DNA of 57,987 nt. Source: Candidatus Methylomirabilia bacterium. GTDB lineage: Bacteria; Methylomirabilota; Methylomirabilia; Rokubacteriales; CSP1-6. The DNA lies in NCBI GenBank assembly GCA_041497895.1, contig JBGQHJ010000010.1, positions 1 to 57,987 of the forward strand, given 5' to 3'. Shown piece after piece: positions 50,101-57,987 of the stretch; position 1 is the first letter of the stretch; the number at the start of each line of letters is the position of its first letter. The notes under the pieces are model-generated. The model worked only from the letters and a program-made list of their open reading frames with translations. It was not told where the DNA came from and did not search any database. The position numbers were made by a program, and so were the translations under genes.

Positions 50101-52927
50101 CCTGGTCCGGATCGACGAGCCGGAGGATCGCGGGATCGTCCGGCAGCTCCTCCGCGCTCACGAGTACTGGCGCGTGAAGGGGCTGGCCGTCGACCTCGTC
50201 ATCGTGAACGAGAAGGCGCACTCCTATACCCAGGAGCTCCAGAGCTCGCTCGAGGCGCTGCTGCGAACGAGCCAGTCGGCGCGACGGGACGAGCGGGAGG
50301 ATGGCCCTCGCGGCAACGTCTTCATCCTCCGGAAGGACCTGCTCTCGGCGCCGGATCACGCCGCGCTGCAGCTGGCGGCCCGGGTCGTGCTCCTGAGCCG
50401 GCACGGCACGCTCGCGGAGCAGCTCGCGCGCGCCGAGCCCTCTCCGGCCGCCACCGCGCTCCGCCGGCGTCCGGCCCGGCCGGCGTCGCCGGTGGACGTC
50501 CCGTCCCCGCGCGGGGTCTCCGATTTCTTCAACGGCCTCGGCGGCTTCGTCGAGGATGGGCGTGAGTACGCGACCGTCCTCGGGGAGGGGCAATGGACCC
50601 CCGCGCCATGGGTCAACGTCATCGCCAACCCCGCATTCGGGTTCCAGGTCTCCGAGTCGGGCGCCGGCTACACCTGGTCGGTCAACAGCCGGGAGAACCA
50701 GCTGACCCCGTGGTCCAACGATCCGGTCGGCGACCCGCCGGGCGAGACGATCTACATCCGGGACGAGGAGACGGGGGAGCTGTGGGGGCCGACGCTGCTC
50801 CCCATCCGCGAGGACGCCTCGACCTACGTCGCGCGGCACGGTCAGGGTTACACCTGCTTCGAGCACACGTCCCACGGGGTCGCGACGCGCCTCGTCCAGT
50901 TCGTGCCCCGGGAGGACCCGATCAAGATCTCCCGGCTGACGCTCGAGAATCGCTCCGCCCGCTCGCGTCGCCTGTCGGTGACCGCGTACGTGGAGTGGGT
51001 GCTGGGAGCGTCCCGCGCCGCGACCGCGCCGTTCGTCACCACCGAGCTGGACGCCGAGACCGGGGCGATGTTCGCCCGCAACGTGTGGAGCCCGGAGTTC
51101 GCGGATCGGGTCGCGTTCGCCGATCTCGGGGGGCGCCAGACCGGGTGGACCGGTGATCGGGCCGAGGTCCTCGGCCGCCACGGGACCATGGATCATCCCG
51201 CGCTGCTGGAAAGCGGAGGCCGGCCATCCGGGCGGGTCGGCGCGGGCCTCGATCCGTGCGCGGCGCTGCAGACCGTGATCGACGTGCCCGCCGGGGGCCG
51301 GGAGGAGATCGTGTTCTTCCTGGGCGAAGCGGCCTCGGCGGCCGAAGCCCGCGCGCTCCTCGCACGGTACCGTGCCGGGGACCTCGACCTCGAGCTGGAG
51401 ACGGTGCGGACCCACTGGGACGACATCCTCGGCGCCATCCAGGTCAAGACGCCGGACCGCTCGATGGATCTCATGCTGAACCGCTGGCTCCTGTATCAGA
51501 CGCTGGGCTGCCGGCTGTGGGCCCGGTCCGCGTTCTACCAGGCCGGCGGCGCCTACGGGTTTCGCGACCAGCTCCAGGACGTGATGGCGCTCGCGGTGGC
51601 GAAGCGCGAGGTCGCGCGCGAGCACCTCCTCCGGGCCGCCGGCCGTCAGTTCGTGGAGGGTGACGTCCAGCACTGGTGGCATCCGCCCTCCGGGCGAGGC
51701 GTGCGGACCCGGATTTCGGACGATCCGGTCTGGCTCCCCTACGCGGTCACGCACTACCTCGAGGTCACCGGGGACTCGACGCTCCTCGACGAGATCGTCC
51801 CCTTTCTCGAGGGCCCCGCGATCCCGTCCGGGCACGACGATGCCTACTTCGAGCCCACCCTCTCGGCCCAGGGCGGCACGCTCTTCGAGCACTGCGCGCG
51901 CGCCCTCGACCGCAGCCTCTCCGTCGGGGCGCACGGCCTTCCGCTGATCGGCACCGGAGACTGGAACGACGGCATGAACCGGGTGGGCCACGAGGGACGG
52001 GGGGAGAGCGTCTGGCTCGGGTGGTTCCTGCACACCACCCTCTGGGAGTTCGCCCGGCTGGCCGAGGCGCGAGGCGACGTCGCGCGGGCCGACACCTGGC
52101 GCGCGCACGTCCACGCGCTGAAGGCCTCGCTCGAGGCGCACGCGTGGGACGGCGACTGGTACCGGCGCGCCTACTTCGACGACGGCACCCCGCTGGGGTC
52201 GGTCGTGAACCCGGAGTGCCGCATCGACTCCATCGCGCAGTCGTGGGGCGTGATCTCCGGCGCGGCCGAGCCGGCGCGGGCCGCGCGGGCCATGGCCGCG
52301 GTGGAGGAGTATCTGGTCCGGCGGGATCAGGAGCTCATCCTGCTCTTCACCCCGCCCTTCGACCAGGCGCCGCTCGACCCCGGGTACATCAAGGGATATC
52401 CTCCCGGGATTCGCGAGAACGGCGGCCAGTACACGCACGCCGCCATCTGGGCGGTCATGGCCTTCGCCGCGCTCGGAAACGGCGACAAGGCCAACGAGCT
52501 CTTCTCGATCCTGAACCCGATCAACCGCGCGAGCACCCGCGCCGGCGTCCATCGCTACAAGGTGGAGCCGTACGTGGCGGCCGCCGACGTCTACGCCGAG
52601 TACCCGCACGTCGGCCGGGGGGGATGGACCTGGTACACCGGCTCGGCGGGCTGGATGTACCGGGCCGGGCTCGAGTGGCTGCTCGGCTTCCGGCTACGCG
52701 GCGCGGTGCTGCATCTCGATCCCTGCATCCCGCGCGGATGGCGCCGCTTCGACATCACGTTCCGGTACCACGCGTCGCGCTACGAGATCGCGGTCGAGAA
52801 CCCGAGCGGGGTGACCCGCGGCATCGTGTCCATCGAGGTCGACGGGATCCGCCGGGACGTCGCGGACGGCCGCGTTCCCCTCACGAGCGACGGGGCCACC
52901 CACCGCGTGCGCGTCGTCCTCGGCTGA
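44153..52927 (+). CDS. ndvB: Cyclic beta-1,2-glucan synthase (GT84 + glucoamylase-like + GH94 phosphorylase domains)
   Basis: EWFVDNF, ERKRGK, TLDADT, SHDLFEG, RQYRWARGDWQ, PPDNFQE, WSGSMFEYLMP, FYQAGGAYGFRDQLQD, GDWNDGMN, RENGGQYTH, GRGGWTWYTGSA. Confidence 0.93.
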   Translation: MMTPLLLRDVQIHASSPPFAPGAQDPIRADLWSPERLEEHAESIARRRVLAGGKAGLRLSPRVRDSGRVLLQCYRDIAAVIRDEGATTPAAEWFVDNFHIVDAVVRQVREDLPLGFYRQLPKLADDPLAGYPRVLGLAWAFVAHTDSRVEPETLQRFVRAFQRVQPLTIGELWAVPIALRIVLAENLRRLAERIVSGRAARQAADALANDLLGLGGRPARPLAFQGLPAASLSTAFTVELVQRLREQDPQSTPALRWLDEQIAKRGGSPDELVQADHQNQAALNVTVRNVITSLRVMSTLDWADFFESVSLVDDTLRADTRFGDMDFATRDQYRHAIEDLARGSRRSELEVTRMAMAAARRAAPGGPSEDPGYHLIEEGRPLFEKEIGYRVPARRWLARAFLTRATPRYLATIGVVTGALLALPLLAGHASGMNWAGLALLGLLAVIPASDLAIALVNRAVMALIGPRSLPRLELRDGVPPGLRTLVVVPTLLTSEAEIEEHVNRLEIHFLANPDGHLHFALLSDWIDAPVETMPGDDRLLAAADDGIARLNARNGPAPTAGARFLLLHRRRLWNPREGTWMGWERKRGKLDELNRLLAGASGTNFIGARGRPPEVPAGVRYVITLDADTRLPRGAATRLVGTMAHPLNRPVLDPRSGRVVDGYAVLQPRVTPTIPTERGRSLFQRVFAGPAGIDPYASATSDVYQDLLGEGSYTGKGIYDVAAFATALEGRVPENTLLSHDLFEGIFARAGLVTDIELFEEFPSDYEVAAGRQYRWARGDWQLLPWLLKRNVTGGRRGGWLPLIGAWKIVDNLRRTLSAPAAWLTLVAAWTLPGSHALGLTTFVLATLALPALLPALADVIPRRRGISKRTYVRSAGRSFALSGSQIALGITFLAHQAWLMSDAIARTLIRLYVTHRRLLEWTTAAQAKADMSRDVPGAYRRMRGALILAAASGAVVALVRPESAAIAAPLAVAWALSPLAARWVSRPPRPSPARILPAADRQILRSTARRTWRFFEAFVGPDDAFLPPDNFQEDPRPTVAHRTSPTNIGLYLLSVVAARDFGWLGVLDTLDRLEATLATMRRLERFRGHFYNWYDTGGLRPLEPRYVSTVDSGNLAAHLLTLGNACRAAVHAPLLDPARLDGLRDAVLLAAEAASGLADDRRTQTVTLRDLTETCAALTAALHEPPTTPGAWAARLRDLAVHADTLVDMSRALTAERGEPDSSDVQVWAQATRATIAGHERDLQTILPWAWLLEADLASGHPDLLTALQSLRSSSPTPADLPDRCRAVIARLTALRETALGEGPAAEATIRDLDRAIDGLERSSASAATLVRRLLAVGGAAGELADDMQFGFLFDPSRKIFSIGYRVTDGSLDAGAYDLLASEARLASFVAIAKGDVPVSHWFHLGRPMTPVGIGSALLSWSGSMFEYLMPALVMQSPAGSLLDETYHLVVRRQMSYGAEHGVPWGISESAYNVRDLDLTYQYSNFGVPGLGLERGLGEDLVVAPYATALAAMVDPVAATRNVSALIAVGARGPYGLYEALDYTRSRLPEGSQMATVRAYMAHHQGMTLIALSNALHDGAMRARFHAEPIVQATDLLLQERAPRDVAVARPRVEEVHAPAHLRDFVEPVFRQFTTPHGPTPRTHLLSNGRYAVMLTAAGSGYSRCAGLGVTRWREDVTRDNWGTYIFLRDVQSGAVWSAGYQPTGVEPDTYRVTFSEDRAEFHRRDGAITTALEVLVSPEDDAEIRRVSITNLGPHVRELELTSYAELVLAPPAADAAHPVFSNLFVQTEALPDLGGLLATRRVRSAGESSVWAAHTVVVEGQTGGGAQYETDRGRFLGRGRTIRTPMSVVDGRPLSNTAGSVLDPIFSLRRRIRLEPGGSARLIFSTLVAPSRDAAVALADKYRDPATFERTVTLAWTQAQVQCHHLGIEPEEAHLFQNLASRVLYSDSALRPSPDAMSRTTSGPSALWAQQISGEIPIVLVRIDEPEDRGIVRQLLRAHEYWRVKGLAVDLVIVNEKAHSYTQELQSSLEALLRTSQSARRDEREDGPRGNVFILRKDLLSAPDHAALQLAARVVLLSRHGTLAEQLARAEPSPAATALRRRPARPASPVDVPSPRGVSDFFNGLGGFVEDGREYATVLGEGQWTPAPWVNVIANPAFGFQVSESGAGYTWSVNSRENQLTPWSNDPVGDPPGETIYIRDEETGELWGPTLLPIREDASTYVARHGQGYTCFEHTSHGVATRLVQFVPREDPIKISRLTLENRSARSRRLSVTAYVEWVLGASRAATAPFVTTELDAETGAMFARNVWSPEFADRVAFADLGGRQTGWTGDRAEVLGRHGTMDHPALLESGGRPSGRVGAGLDPCAALQTVIDVPAGGREEIVFFLGEAASAAEARALLARYRAGDLDLELETVRTHWDDILGAIQVKTPDRSMDLMLNRWLLYQTLGCRLWARSAFYQAGGAYGFRDQLQDVMALAVAKREVAREHLLRAAGRQFVEGDVQHWWHPPSGRGVRTRISDDPVWLPYAVTHYLEVTGDSTLLDEIVPFLEGPAIPSGHDDAYFEPTLSAQGGTLFEHCARALDRSLSVGAHGLPLIGTGDWNDGMNRVGHEGRGESVWLGWFLHTTLWEFARLAEARGDVARADTWRAHVHALKASLEAHAWDGDWYRRAYFDDGTPLGSVVNPECRIDSIAQSWGVISGAAEPARAARAMAAVEEYLVRRDQELILLFTPPFDQAPLDPGYIKGYPPGIRENGGQYTHAAIWAVMAFAALGNGDKANELFSILNPINRASTRAGVHRYKVEPYVAAADVYAEYPHVGRGGWTWYTGSAGWMYRAGLEWLLGFRLRGAVLHLDPCIPRGWRRFDITFRYHASRYEIAVENPSGVTRGIVSIEVDGIRRDVADGRVPLTSDGATHRVRVVLG

Positions 52928-52942
52928 GGGGCGCGCCCGGGC

Positions 52943-53395
52943 CTACGCGGGGCGAGGCCGGGTCAGCAGCCGGTCGAGATGATTGGCGAAGAGCCGCCGC
53001 TCGCGTGGGCCGAACGGCGCCGGGCCGTCGACGAGCTCTCCGTTCGAGCGGAGCGACTGCATCAGGTTCCGGATAGCGAGGCGCTCCCGCACGTTGTCCT
53101 CCGAGTACAGCTCGCCCCGCGGGTCGAGCGCGTGCCCTCCCCGCTCGATGATCGCGGCGGCCAGGGGGATGTCGGCGGTGATCACCAGGTCCCCCCGCTG
53201 CACCTGCTCGACGATCCGGTCGTCGGCCACGTCGAAGCCTTTCGCGACCCGGACGGTCCGGATGAAGTCCGAGGTCGGGGTGCGCAGCGCGGTGTTGGCG
53301 ACCAGCGTGGTGAGGACCTGCGCGCGGTCGGCGGCCCGGTACAGGATCTCCTTGATGACCTGGGGGCACGCGTCGGCGTCGACCCAGATCTGCAT
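52943..53395 (-). CDS. yaiI: YaiI/YqxD (DUF188) family protein
   Basis: [29 protein letters not shown]. Confidence 0.9.
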   Translation of the reverse strand: MQIWVDADACPQVIKEILYRAADRAQVLTTLVANTALRTPTSDFIRTVRVAKGFDVADDRIVEQVQRGDLVITADIPLAAAIIERGGHALDPRGELYSEDNVRERLAIRNLMQSLRSNGELVDGPAPFGPRERRLFANHLDRLLTRPRPA

Positions 53396-53424
53396 TCAGG
53401 GGGCGCCCGGCGCTGCGGAGGGGG

Positions 53425-53462
53425 AAAAACGAACGGCCGGGCCCTTTATCAGGACCCGGCCT
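53425..53462 (-). terminator. Intrinsic terminator downstream of csp
   Basis: Minus strand GGCCGGGTCCT-gata-AAGGGCCCGGCC followed by GTTCGTTTTT. Confidence 0.65.
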
Positions 53463-53487
53463 TCCATTCGACGCTCTGGCGGTCTCG

Positions 53488-53688
53488 TTAGACCTTACGA
53501 ACGTTGGCGGCCTGGAGCCCCTTCGGGCCCTTGGTCACCTCGAATTCGACCTTGTCGCCCTCGGATAGGCTCTTGAAGCCCTGAGCCTGGATGGCGTTGA
53601 AGTGCACGAACACGTCCTCGCCAGCCTCCTGGGTGATGAAGCCGTAGCCCTTCGCATCGTTGAACCACTTGACGGTACCCTGTGCCAT
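53488..53688 (-). CDS. cspA: Cold-shock protein
   Basis: [15 protein letters not shown] (RNP1), DVFVHF (RNP2), [10 protein letters not shown]; 66 aa. Confidence 0.95.
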   Translation of the reverse strand: MAQGTVKWFNDAKGYGFITQEAGEDVFVHFNAIQAQGFKSLSEGDKVEFEVTKGPKGLQAANVRKV

Positions 53689-53765
53689 CGACACTACCTC
53701 TCTTGCGAGGCTTGCGCCTCGGTGAAACCCCGCCACCATGGCAGGGAGGTCCTCCTGAAGTGGAG

Positions 53766-53808
53766 GACAAACGAAAACGCCGCGGGACTCTGGGTCCCCG
53801 CGGCGTTT
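53766..53808 (-). terminator. Terminator-like hairpin within csp 5' leader
   Basis: 12-bp stem AAACGCCGCGGG/CCCGCGGCGTTT (53775-53808) followed on the minus strand by T-rich TTTTCGTTTGT. Confidence 0.6.
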
Positions 53809-53875
53809 GAATTCGACACTCGCGACTGCGTGCTCGCTGTAATCGACAACCGAGTGAACCTTACCACTGCGCTTG

Positions 53876-53904
53876 AGCCTACAGGTCGGCCCGGCCGTTG
53901 TCAA
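53876..53904 (-). promoter_or_regulatory. Sigma-70 promoter of csp (TTGACA-N17-TAGGCT)
   Basis: Consensus -35, 17-nt spacer; implies a leader of about 180 nt. Confidence 0.7.
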
Positions 53905-54160
53905 GGAACCTTTGCGCCACCCGCACCGGCGGTCCCCCCCTCCCGCGCGCCGTCGCGCGAGACGCCCACCAGCTCAGGCGGTTCCACAGCCTGCCCCTCG
54001 TGGCGACCGCCCGCGCGCTCGGGCTCCGAACGGGACGAGCCGGGCCAAATGCGCCCGGCGAGTCCCCGCGAATCCCCCCACGAGCCCGCCGTCCCTCCCG
54101 CGCACCAGCCGCCCCACCCCCGCTCGCCTCTTCCGAGGGCGCAGGGGGCGTCGTGCGCGA

Positions 54161-54190
54161 TTGACAGGTCTCCGGCGCGCCGCCTACCGT
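54161..54190 (+). promoter_or_regulatory. Sigma-70-like promoter TTGACA-N18-TACCGT
   Basis: Consensus -35 at 54161; upstream of AAAGGAG and the PAS-LuxR remnant. Confidence 0.5.
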
Positions 54191-54240
54191 AGTCGCCGAC
54201 CGAGGGCTTGAGCCTCGGGCCGAAAGGAGACCCCGCAGCC

Positions 54241-54574
54241 ATGGCGCTTCACCGACTCAAGACCTTGCCGGTCAATCTCGACGCCATGACGACGGACCTG
54301 ACGGACCTCCCCGCCGGAACGGCGGATGTTGGCTTCGCGGTTGACAACGAGGGCCGGATCATCTGCTGGAACCGAGCCGAGGGAGAGGGCGGACCGTCCG
54401 GCTGATCCGGGACGTACCCGCGGTCCAGGAGCTCCTCGCGCTGATCCGTGAGCGCCTCGCCGTCCCCGCACCGTCCGAGCCGGAGACCAAGGGCGCCAGA
54501 ACATCCGGCGCAAGCTCGACGCCCACCGCCGGCTCGAAGCGGTGGCCTACGCGCGCCGGCACCGCCTCGTCTGA
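54241..54574 (+). pseudogene. Internally deleted PAS-LuxR regulator paralog
   Basis: Three colinear segments in shifting frames (TADVGFAVDNEGRIICWNRAE / LIRDVPAVQELLALIRERLA / QNIRRKLDAHRRLEAVAYARRHRLV*) match the start, middle and end of 35439-36056. Confidence 0.75.
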
Positions 54575-54580
54575 TAGAGC

Positions 54581-54775
54581 CTAAGGCCGCTGTGTTCTCT
54601 TGGCCGCGCGCGCTTTGACTGCTCGCGCCGCCCGGAGGTTCGCCAGCTTCTTCTCCATTGTCCTGGCGCGCGCCGCAGCCTGCTGTTTGCCTCGCTCTCG
54701 GAGAGCGGCGAAATGCTCCGCGTCGGCGGCTTCGATCTTCTGAATTAGGGCCAGCATCCTCGCGCTGAGTGCCAT
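54581..54775 (-). CDS. Small helical basic hypothetical protein
   Basis: Amphipathic MALSARMLALIQKIE...; no clear RBS. Confidence 0.4.
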   Translation of the reverse strand: MALSARMLALIQKIEAADAEHFAALRERGKQQAAARARTMEKKLANLRAARAVKARAAKRTQRP

Positions 54776-54927
54776 GCGTTGGCGCCTTAGTCCAGGCCCG
54801 CCCGTACGGCCGTCAGGCCGTTCCGCTCTGCTCGCCGGATGGCAAGACACGTGGCCCGGTCACGAGGCAACCGGCCATCCACGATCTTGTCTCGCACAAT
54901 CTGACGCACGGCAGCATCGTTCATCGT

Positions 54928-55248
54928 CTACCACTCCACTCGCGCGACGTGGTGCGCCTCTTTGACCCCGTCATGCTCCGTGTAGCTCACCCGCGGCCGC
55001 GTGCCGATGGAGTAATTGCACGTCGTCTCGCCAGAGAGGAGCAACATCACGTCGCCCACCCGGATGCCGTCAACGAGATGCGCCTGCAGTGGCCCAAGGA
55101 TGATGCCGCGGACGTCAGAGGAGCGCTCGGAAACGTCATCGGTGTTCTCCACGGAGAGCCTCCGAGCGATGCAGGGCGACAGCGGAGTTTCATGGAATCG
55201 GGTGGGAATCGAGCCAGAAGCCGCGAGCATGGACGCCCGGTGCGTCAA
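54928..55248 (-). CDS. Hypothetical protein (true start probably downstream)
   Basis: Beta-strand-like C-terminal half GIRVGDVMLLL..GTRPRVSYTEHDG. Confidence 0.35.
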   Translation of the reverse strand: MTHRASMLAASGSIPTRFHETPLSPCIARRLSVENTDDVSERSSDVRGIILGPLQAHLVDGIRVGDVMLLLSGETTCNYSIGTRPRVSYTEHDGVKEAHHVARVEW

Positions 55249-55453
55249 CCAAGGGTGCCCGTAGAAGGCAGCGCGAGTTTACTCCCCGAAGCACTGCAAG
55301 TCGAGCGCACTGAGGGCCGTCCGGCAGAGCCCTCGGTGGTCTCTCTCGGCGGGCGCGAAATCGCTAGACCGAAGTTGCCCCGCCACGCTACCGTTGGTCG
55401 TGACCCATGCCGCCCGCCACTGGCGGGCTACCCGAGGAGGCGACGTATCGACG

Positions 55454-55670
55454 ATGCTGCCCCTGCCAGGGCCACCCCTTCCACTCGTTTACAAGTACAG
55501 CCGGCGAGAGCACATCCAGAGCCTCACCCGCCAGGGCCGCATCCGTATCGGCACCCCCCGCGACTTCCGGGACATCCGGGACATCGATGGGCCTCGCGGA
55601 GGCGCGACGGGTCTTCGGCCCGACGTATGATGCGATCGCTGAAATCCACGACCCTTACCGGTTCAGTGCG
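55454..55670 (+). pseudogene. Decayed gene fragment (YKY...G.IRIGT..DFR type) with frameshift
   Basis: GAGGAGG RBS, MLPLPGPPLPLVYKYSRREHIQSLTRQGRIRIGTPRDFR; tandem CCGGGACAT duplication; protein-like FGPTYDAIAEIHDPYRF continues in another frame. Confidence 0.35.
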
Positions 55671-56510
55671 CGCCCCTATGCCGAGGACGATGGCATCGAG
55701 CCGGCGCTGCTAACGCCCCTGCCCGATGCCGAGCAGAACGAGTGCACCAATCCACCAGCGGTCTATCGACCTCGATGTGCCAGAGCTGGTGTCGTGCTGC
55801 CGGGTGTTGCGGGACTGGGAAATCCCGAAATAGGTGTCGGACGGGGCGGGTGTGGCGGCGATCGCCGCCCGCGACGCCCACCCGAACACAAGAAGGAGAC
55901 CCGAGGAATGACCGGCGCGGTCGAGGAGCGGATCCGGAACACCAGGTCCGTCCGACTTGCCGAGCTACCGCACAAATCGGCCACCGCGAAGCTCGTCTGC
56001 GCGACATGGGGTCTCGTCGGCGCGACGGTCCTGTTCGTGCTCGCGGAGATCGTCCTCAAGGTGCTGGAACGACCATGAGGGGCGATTTTTGAAAGCCGAG
56101 TGGGCGGTTGCGGGGCTCGTTATCTGGCTCATCTCGCTCGGCACCTGCCTCGTGTGCGAAGCAGAGCCCGAATTCATCTACGTCGGCTACTCCCTGCACG
56201 AAAGCGCGAGGGGCACCACGGAGAGACCACAGTGATGATCGCTGCCGTCCACACCCGTATCGCGCTCGCCACGCTCGGCCTGCTCGCCTGCGCCCGAGTG
56301 CGCATGGGTGCTGTGGTCGGTAACCGGGGACCCGAACGTCCCGCCCGCCACTACCGGCCCGAGCGCGCCGTCGATGCGATCACCCGCATGCTGGCTGCCC
56401 GCGACGCCCGGCCGGAGTTCCCCCACACTTCCCCACGCCCGATCGCCCTGGCGCCGCGAGATACGTGACCTACCTGACCGAAACCTGCCTCGGGCTCGCA
56501 GACAAGGAAA

Positions 56511-57254
56511 CTATGCGGCGCGGCCCGGCTCCGGCGCCACCGGGGCGACGACCTCGAGCAGCCCGACCGCGGCCAGGCCGCGGATCACCGCCCACGAGGG
56601 ATCGAACTCGAGCCGCCCCATGCTGAACTTGGCGGAGCGTGGGTGGGCGTGATGATTGTTGTGCAGGCTCTCGCCGCCGGTCACCCAGGCCAGCACCCGC
56701 GAGTTGTAGGCGGTGTTGGGGAAGTTCTGGGCTCCCCGCCAGTGCCCGAGCCCGTTGATCAGCGGCGCGACCACGAACACGTAGAGCACCGCGTGCACCA
56801 GTCCGGTCAGGAGTCCCGCCCAGAGTCCGAGCAGGAGGCACAGCAGCGAGACGCCGACCGCGAGGCCGGTCAGGCCCCGCGAGAAGAGCACGCGATCGCC
56901 CCAGTCCTCCACGAGGTCTGGCGCGAACCGGCGGATCGTCTCGGGATTGCGCGCCTCCCGCATGTAGTAGTAGACGTTCCAGATCTGCACCCGCCAGAAG
57001 CCCAGCAGGCGAGGGCTGTGGGGGTCGCCCTCGCGATCGGTGAACGTGTGATGCTTCCGGTGCACCGCGACCCACTCCCGGCGGGTCTGGCCCGTCGTCA
57101 GCCAGAGCACGGTCCGGAATGCCGCGTCGGTGATCGGATGCAGGCGCAGCGAGCGGTGCGCGAGCCCGCGATGCAGGTACACGGAGGTCGCGATGGCCGC
57201 GACCTGGGTCAGGGCCAGCGCCACGAGCGGAACGAGCCACAATTGATTCGGCAT
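56511..57254 (-). CDS. Membrane fatty-acid (delta-9 acyl-CoA type) desaturase
   Basis: His boxes HRGLAH, HRKHH (DPHSP), GESLHNNHH. Confidence 0.9.
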   Translation of the reverse strand: MPNQLWLVPLVALALTQVAAIATSVYLHRGLAHRSLRLHPITDAAFRTVLWLTTGQTRREWVAVHRKHHTFTDREGDPHSPRLLGFWRVQIWNVYYYMREARNPETIRRFAPDLVEDWGDRVLFSRGLTGLAVGVSLLCLLLGLWAGLLTGLVHAVLYVFVVAPLINGLGHWRGAQNFPNTAYNSRVLAWVTGGESLHNNHHAHPRSAKFSMGRLEFDPSWAVIRGLAAVGLLEVVAPVAPEPGRAA

Positions 57255-57261
57255 GATCTCC

Positions 57262-57492
57262 TCAGATCCTGGCTTCGCCGTGCCGCATCCGCTCCAGGGT
57301 CTCCGCGAGACGGTCTGCCTGGTCGATGAGCGCTCGTCGCATCGCCGAGCGGTCGTCGCCCGTCGGATCGATCCGAGGCACATCCTCGAGCGCGCCGGGG
57401 AAGTCTTCGAACACCAGTCCCCCGCCCGCCTGACGGATCAGCTCCAGCACCTCACCCAGCTCGCCGCGCATCCCCTGTTCCATCGGCGTCAT
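57262..57492 (-). CDS. Small hypothetical protein co-transcribed with desaturase
   Basis: GGAGG RBS before MTPMEQG; helical; 7 nt upstream of the desaturase start. Confidence 0.6.
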   Translation of the reverse strand: MTPMEQGMRGELGEVLELIRQAGGGLVFEDFPGALEDVPRIDPTGDDRSAMRRALIDQADRLAETLERMRHGEARI

Positions 57493-57550
57493 GGCCGCCT
57501 CCGTTCCCGTCTCGCCGACATCGGTTCCGGCACCGCGTCTTCCCGCCTTC

Positions 57551-57655
57551 ACGTTATCAGCCGACCGCGTCGGGCGCCTATTGGACCTTGGTCCAAGCGC
57601 CATCCGTGCACTGGACCAAGGTCCACTAGGCCCGGCGTCCGGCCGCTGCTACGCT
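57551..57655. promoter_or_regulatory. Divergent promoter pair, each with a TGGACC-N2-GGTCCA palindrome and an extended -10
   Basis: Palindromes at 57582-57595 and 57612-57625; minus TGaTAACGT (hexamer 57556-57551) and plus TGcTACGCT (hexamer 57650-57655). Confidence 0.7.
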
Positions 57656-57732
57656 GAAGCGCAAATCGGGGAGAACGGTCTCGCATTCCGCGAGTGCACG
57701 TCTCTCGTCCGGCAAGGTGATCGATCCATCTG

Positions 57733-57987
<255 letters not shown>

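Noticed and set aside
46044..52609. Long antisense ORFs (1186 and 924 aa) opposite the glucan synthase
   Set aside because: Expected from GC3 bias; no recognisable motifs.
54195..54240. Hairpin plus GAAA loop as a c-di-GMP or other riboswitch
   Set aside because: Lacks the conserved riboswitch core; the GAAAGG is explained by the RBS.
57520..57545. CGGCAC as a sigma-54 -24 element
   Set aside because: No TTGC/GC at -12 spacing and wrong context.

Overview
High-GC bacterial chromosomal window with about 55 CDS and no rRNA, tRNA, CRISPR array or intact mobile element recognised. The gene mix is reminiscent of Ca. Rokubacteria, but that is an impression only. Main results: (1) A tightly coupled minus-strand operon tetR-bcrC-bcrB-padB-padC-padD-bcrA(short)-bcrD-GNAT-hemerythrin (25390-35324). 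A phenylacetyl-CoA:acceptor-oxidoreductase-like molybdoenzyme module sits inside a class I benzoyl-CoA-reductase-like gene set, behind a PaaR-like operator. (2) A selenocysteine BCP/PrxQ peroxiredoxin (UGA at the peroxidatic position plus a SECIS-like hairpin). A lower-GC YfhO-like membrane gene runs into it in frame with no stop of its own. (3) A repeated promoter architecture, TGGAC-N4-GTCCA palindrome 31.5-32.5 bp upstream of an extended -10, seen three times in front of small orphans, a desaturase and a headless sigma-54 activator. (4) An ECF42-type sigma/YCII locus with back-to-back target promoters. (5) A 2924-aa cyclic beta-1,2-glucan synthase, a csp gene with a terminator-containing leader, and several decayed genes. 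Family calls come from motif recognition by eye, not database searches.
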